From the NCBI RefSeq assembly GCF_036365525.1, contig NC_090399.1, positions 46,532,430 to 46,596,429 of the forward strand: 64,000 nucleotides of DNA. Direction: 5' to 3'. Numbering within the stretch: position 1 is the stretch's first letter; each line of letters starts with the position of its first letter. The translations under genes were made by a program, and so were the position numbers. Shown here piece by piece: positions 60,601 to 64,000 of this stretch. The notes under the pieces are model-generated. The model ran no database searches. It saw only the letters and a list, made by a program, of their open reading frames with translations, and had not been told where the DNA came from. Source of the stretch: Heterodontus francisci. Its lineage: Eukaryota.

Positions 60601-61192
60601 TGTTGGATCCCATTAGTTGCACAAAGAGAGACGACGTCCGACTGTAGCTTTAAGAAACTTTATTGCAATACTTCTTGGTTACATCATCAGCAAAGCAAAT
60701 TACAACATCACCTTTGCCTCCACCTTTCTCCTCCGTGGTGGTGAAAGGAAATCAAGCCTTTCTTATAGTTCTTCATACACATCAGTGACACCCCCTTTAA
60801 GTTCCCAATTGGTTTACAAACTCTGCAGTTTCTTGGTGTCAGGGCCTGATTGGGGTCCTGCCTTGTCAATGTGTTTTTAACTTCTTACTTCATTTTCTCA
60901 TGGCTCTTATCTGTTTTTGAACTGTAGTACAATAGGCTTTTATACAGCTGTCCTATGAATCTTGCTGGCTAGTCTACTCCTTCTACTCCTACTGATAAGC
61001 TGTCTGTGCATCCCTGAAGCTATGAAGTCATTCTGATAAGCTGTCCCTGCAGCACTGAAAGAACTACTATTAATTTCTGATAAGCTGCATGCTGAAGCTC
61101 TAAAAGTTAGTTTGTTAGTAGTACATGATTGATTAATTATTTCACCTTAAATGTCCCCATGTTATTCTGTTCTCGAAAATTCTGTTCTCACA
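60601..61192 (-). repeat. ERV 5' LTR (592 bp)
   Basis: About 10 substitutions and one 9-bp duplication (TCTACTCCT) relative to the 3' LTR, by manual count. Confidence 0.96.
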
Positions 61193-62000
61193 TAACCTTA
61201 AACTCGAATTCAGTTAACAACTATGAATACGTAATGCAGCCACACTAGCATGCACATGCGATAAACATACACGCAGATAGAGACAGAAAAGTGGAAAGAA
61301 TAAAAGGAAAACGTTTGAGGCATTAGCTGGGATTTATTGTGGTCCTTTGAGTTCGATGCAGAGTCCTTGATCGCCAGTAAGTCATGCCATTTCAATGGGG
61401 CCCAGTGCACGCTTTAAAACTTGTTTCAATGTAGGAGTCTTTTCTATCTTGAGGTTTAAGTGACTTCAATGGATCTGGAGAGAGAGAGAGAGAGAGAGAG
61501 AGAGCTAGCCAGGAGAGAGAGGCTCTCTTCTTCCAAGTTCAGTTTCAATCTGACAAACTGTCCTGTGCGCAGTTCAAAACCAAAAACCTGGGCCAACAGG
61601 TTGGTCATGTGACTAGCTGTTTTAACAGACTCCTGCATTTGGGATTCTCCATCTTAGCAGACACCCTGTAATGCTGGCTTTCTTACACATTCAGCATCTG
61701 GTGATCAAAATTCATTTGTTTTAATTGGATCAGGGAGCCATTCAATTGTTTCCAGGCATTGTCTCTCAGTATGTAAATGTTTTTCAGCCACTGCTGATCT
61801 CTTTAAACAAGTCATTTCTTCATACCAGCCACTGTTTAAAATTAATGTTCCTATGACAAATTAATATGCCTCATTCTTGACAGGTGGGGTCTTCATGACA
61901 ACACCCAGTGATAAGCCACACACCCAGGGTGGGCATAGTATCAGGTACAAGGGTCAGGTGGGCTATATGTAGGGTGCAAGGGTCAGATGGGCATAGTATC

Positions 62001-64000
62001 TGTAATATTCTGATAACTATCAAGGCTTATTACAGAATATATAAGAGTCTGACAGTTTAAATGATGGGTTTACTTGCACACGTCTTACATCTAAGGCTTC
62101 TACAACTCTCCACGAGGTTCTGTACGGATTACATTACATCACTTCCTTCGATGATGTTCACTGTCCATTTCCATATTCTGCCCAGCAACATACCTATATT
62201 ACATTACACTACTTCTCCCCCCAAGTCTCTGACTTTTCTTTTCAGATTGATATCGACTGTGGTATTTTTACAATTTTGCCATAACACGTTCTTCTTTCTT
62301 TTGAAGGGGTTTCAGTCTTTTTAGTTCCTTCTTCTGACTCTGCTGTGCTTGAGTAGAACTATTGGATGACTCACATTCTTCATTCGAGTTGTCCTCTGGG
62401 TTGATAGATGATTGCAGCATCACTGGTTCATCAAAACTTGGAGATGATTATTCCTCTTGTATTTGCTGCTTCTTTGGTATCACCACCAAGGACCTTTTAT
62501 TTCTTCTTGGTCAGTTTAGACAATGTATGATCATGGATACAGTGATTGTTCGATCCCTACTCCATACCAATTTTGGTCTCTAATTCAAACTGATTTCCTA
62601 GGTTGGATGTCTGATAAGTTTCTGATTCTATGACTTCTGTCATAATTTTCTGATTGATTCAACTGATCTCTATCCTCTCTCTTCCTCACTTTTTCCAAGT
62701 CTTCTGCACTTACTTGTGGCTTGAGTGTTCTTGGGAGTGTAGGTGGTTGGGACTTCAACCTTCTTCCCATTAACAATTCGCATTGAGCTAAACCATTCTG
62801 AAGTGTTGTCGATCGATAACTTAGCAGTGCTGGTTGGAGATCTTCATCCTTTTTCAACAATGCCTTCACAGTCCTTGCACATCTCCATGCTTCACCATTA
62901 GGTTGCGGGCATCTTGGTGAACTAGTGATATGAATAAACTAAACTATTTGAAGCATTCGTTTGCAAATTGCAGCCTATTGTAAGATATTACAGTTTCCGG
63001 AATTCCATGTGTAGGAACAATTTCTCTCAAAGATGTGATTGCAGCTTCTGAACTTTGACCTTGTGGTTGTTTAACTTCAATCCACCTTGAATAATAGTCA
63101 ACAATAATAGTAGAACATTTTACTTCTATGCTGAAAAAGATCGATTCCTAGATTCTCCCATAGTCGAGATGGAAAAGCAGATGACATGAGTGGTTATTTC
63201 GTCTGATGACAATTGAGAGCACACGTGATACATCGCAATATCATCTTTTCAATTTCTTTTGATATGCCAGGCCACCATACTGAATATCTTGCCCTGGTTC
63301 TATACTTTGTAATTCGCAAATGTCCTTGTTGGAATCTCTCCAAGTTCTCTAATCTCAATACTCTGGGGATAACTAATCTCTCATCGTAGATCAGTAAATC
63401 ATCAACGATGCTTAAATGACCTCTCTGTTCATAATATTGTCTTAAAACAAGGCTATGTGGTATGTACGTTGGCCATTCCCCCATTCAAGTAATATTCCCC
63501 GATTTTCACATATACTTTGTCTGTTTCTGCTGCTGAAATGTGTAATAAGGCATCTGCTATCATCTGCTGTTTCCATGGAACATATTCAGTTTTCACATTA
63601 AATCTGATCAATCTTAATCCAAGCCTCTGTACTCTTGGATGTAACTTTGCAAGCTCCTTTGAGTTTAGTAGAGGAACCAATGGTTTATGATCTGTTTCGA
63701 TTTTGAATTGAAGTCCTAGGAGTAATCTGAAAATTTTTCACATGGCCAAGTTGCTGCCAACGCTTCCTTTTCTATGACTGCGTATCTCTGCTCAGTTTCT
63801 GTTAATGAACGAGATGCAAAATATACAGCTCTACCCCTCCCATCTCTCTGGACTTGAAATAGGACCACTTCCAATCCTGTAGGTGATGCATCCACAGCGA
63901 TGATGGTAGATAACTCAGAGTCATAATGTGTTACTACTTCTGATGATGGTAACATGTTCTCAAAGGATTCTTTGACAACACACCATTAACATATTGTTTG
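62001..64000 (-). mobile_element. Gypsy element 3' part (short LTR 62001-62208, PPT, integrase, RNase H), runs off the right edge
   Basis: VDASPTGL..YFASRSLTETEQRYAVIEKEALA, GHL..SVWWPGI, ALLSYRSTTL..ELLMGRRL; CTTCTCCCCCC next to the LTR. Confidence 0.92.

Larger units (their letters stand above)
53279..61192 (-). mobile_element. Full-length endogenous retrovirus LTR-gag-pro-pol-env-LTR (7.9 kb)
   Basis: LTRs 53279-53861 and 60601-61192, TSD TAACC (53274-53278 / 61193-61197), PBS, PPT and all retroviral genes present. Confidence 0.97.
38452..61900 (-). mobile_element. Gmr1-type Gypsy LTR retrotransposon, internally deleted; 3' LTR 38452-39354, 5' LTR 53074-53278 + 61193-61900
   Basis: TG..CA direct repeats, ACAC TSD (38448-38451 / 61901-61904), gag from 52928 (EAFFVSF..YSLL..ELVPKAYHQKFR, CFHCNKAGHLRADC), protease LRDTGA near 47065, integrase zinc finger (CWSCHMCQ) near 46260; no RT seen. 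Confidence 0.88.

Overview
Repeat-dense eukaryotic DNA, by inference from a cartilaginous fish (shark): it carries HE1-type V-SINEs, CR1-clade LINEs, Deu-SINE-derived minisatellite and shark-style MHC class I exons. The left half (2.5-31 kb, + strand) is a divergent non-classical MHC class I-like gene: an X-Y promoter module, leader exon 5442-5490, alpha1 exon 15475-15735, a damaged alpha2 exon from 30319 and an alpha3 exon broken after 9 codons at 31019-31044. It is probably a pseudogene, and its introns are inflated by nested CR1, LTR, SINE and minisatellite insertions. The right half is a 23.4 kb nest: an old Gmr1-type Gypsy element (38452-61900, ACAC TSD) hosts a CR1 that contains an intact RTE LINE (1063 aa ORF), a second decayed RTE, and a young full-length endogenous retrovirus (53279-61192, minus strand, TAACC TSD). 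The retrovirus is the most unusual element. It combines a tRNA-Ser PBS, a 5-bp TSD, a coiled-coil Gag, a -1 frameshift at gag-pro and class III/loki-like RT motifs with class I-like RNase H, a gamma-type Env and GACG-tetraloop packaging hairpins. All calls were read by eye; no searches were run.
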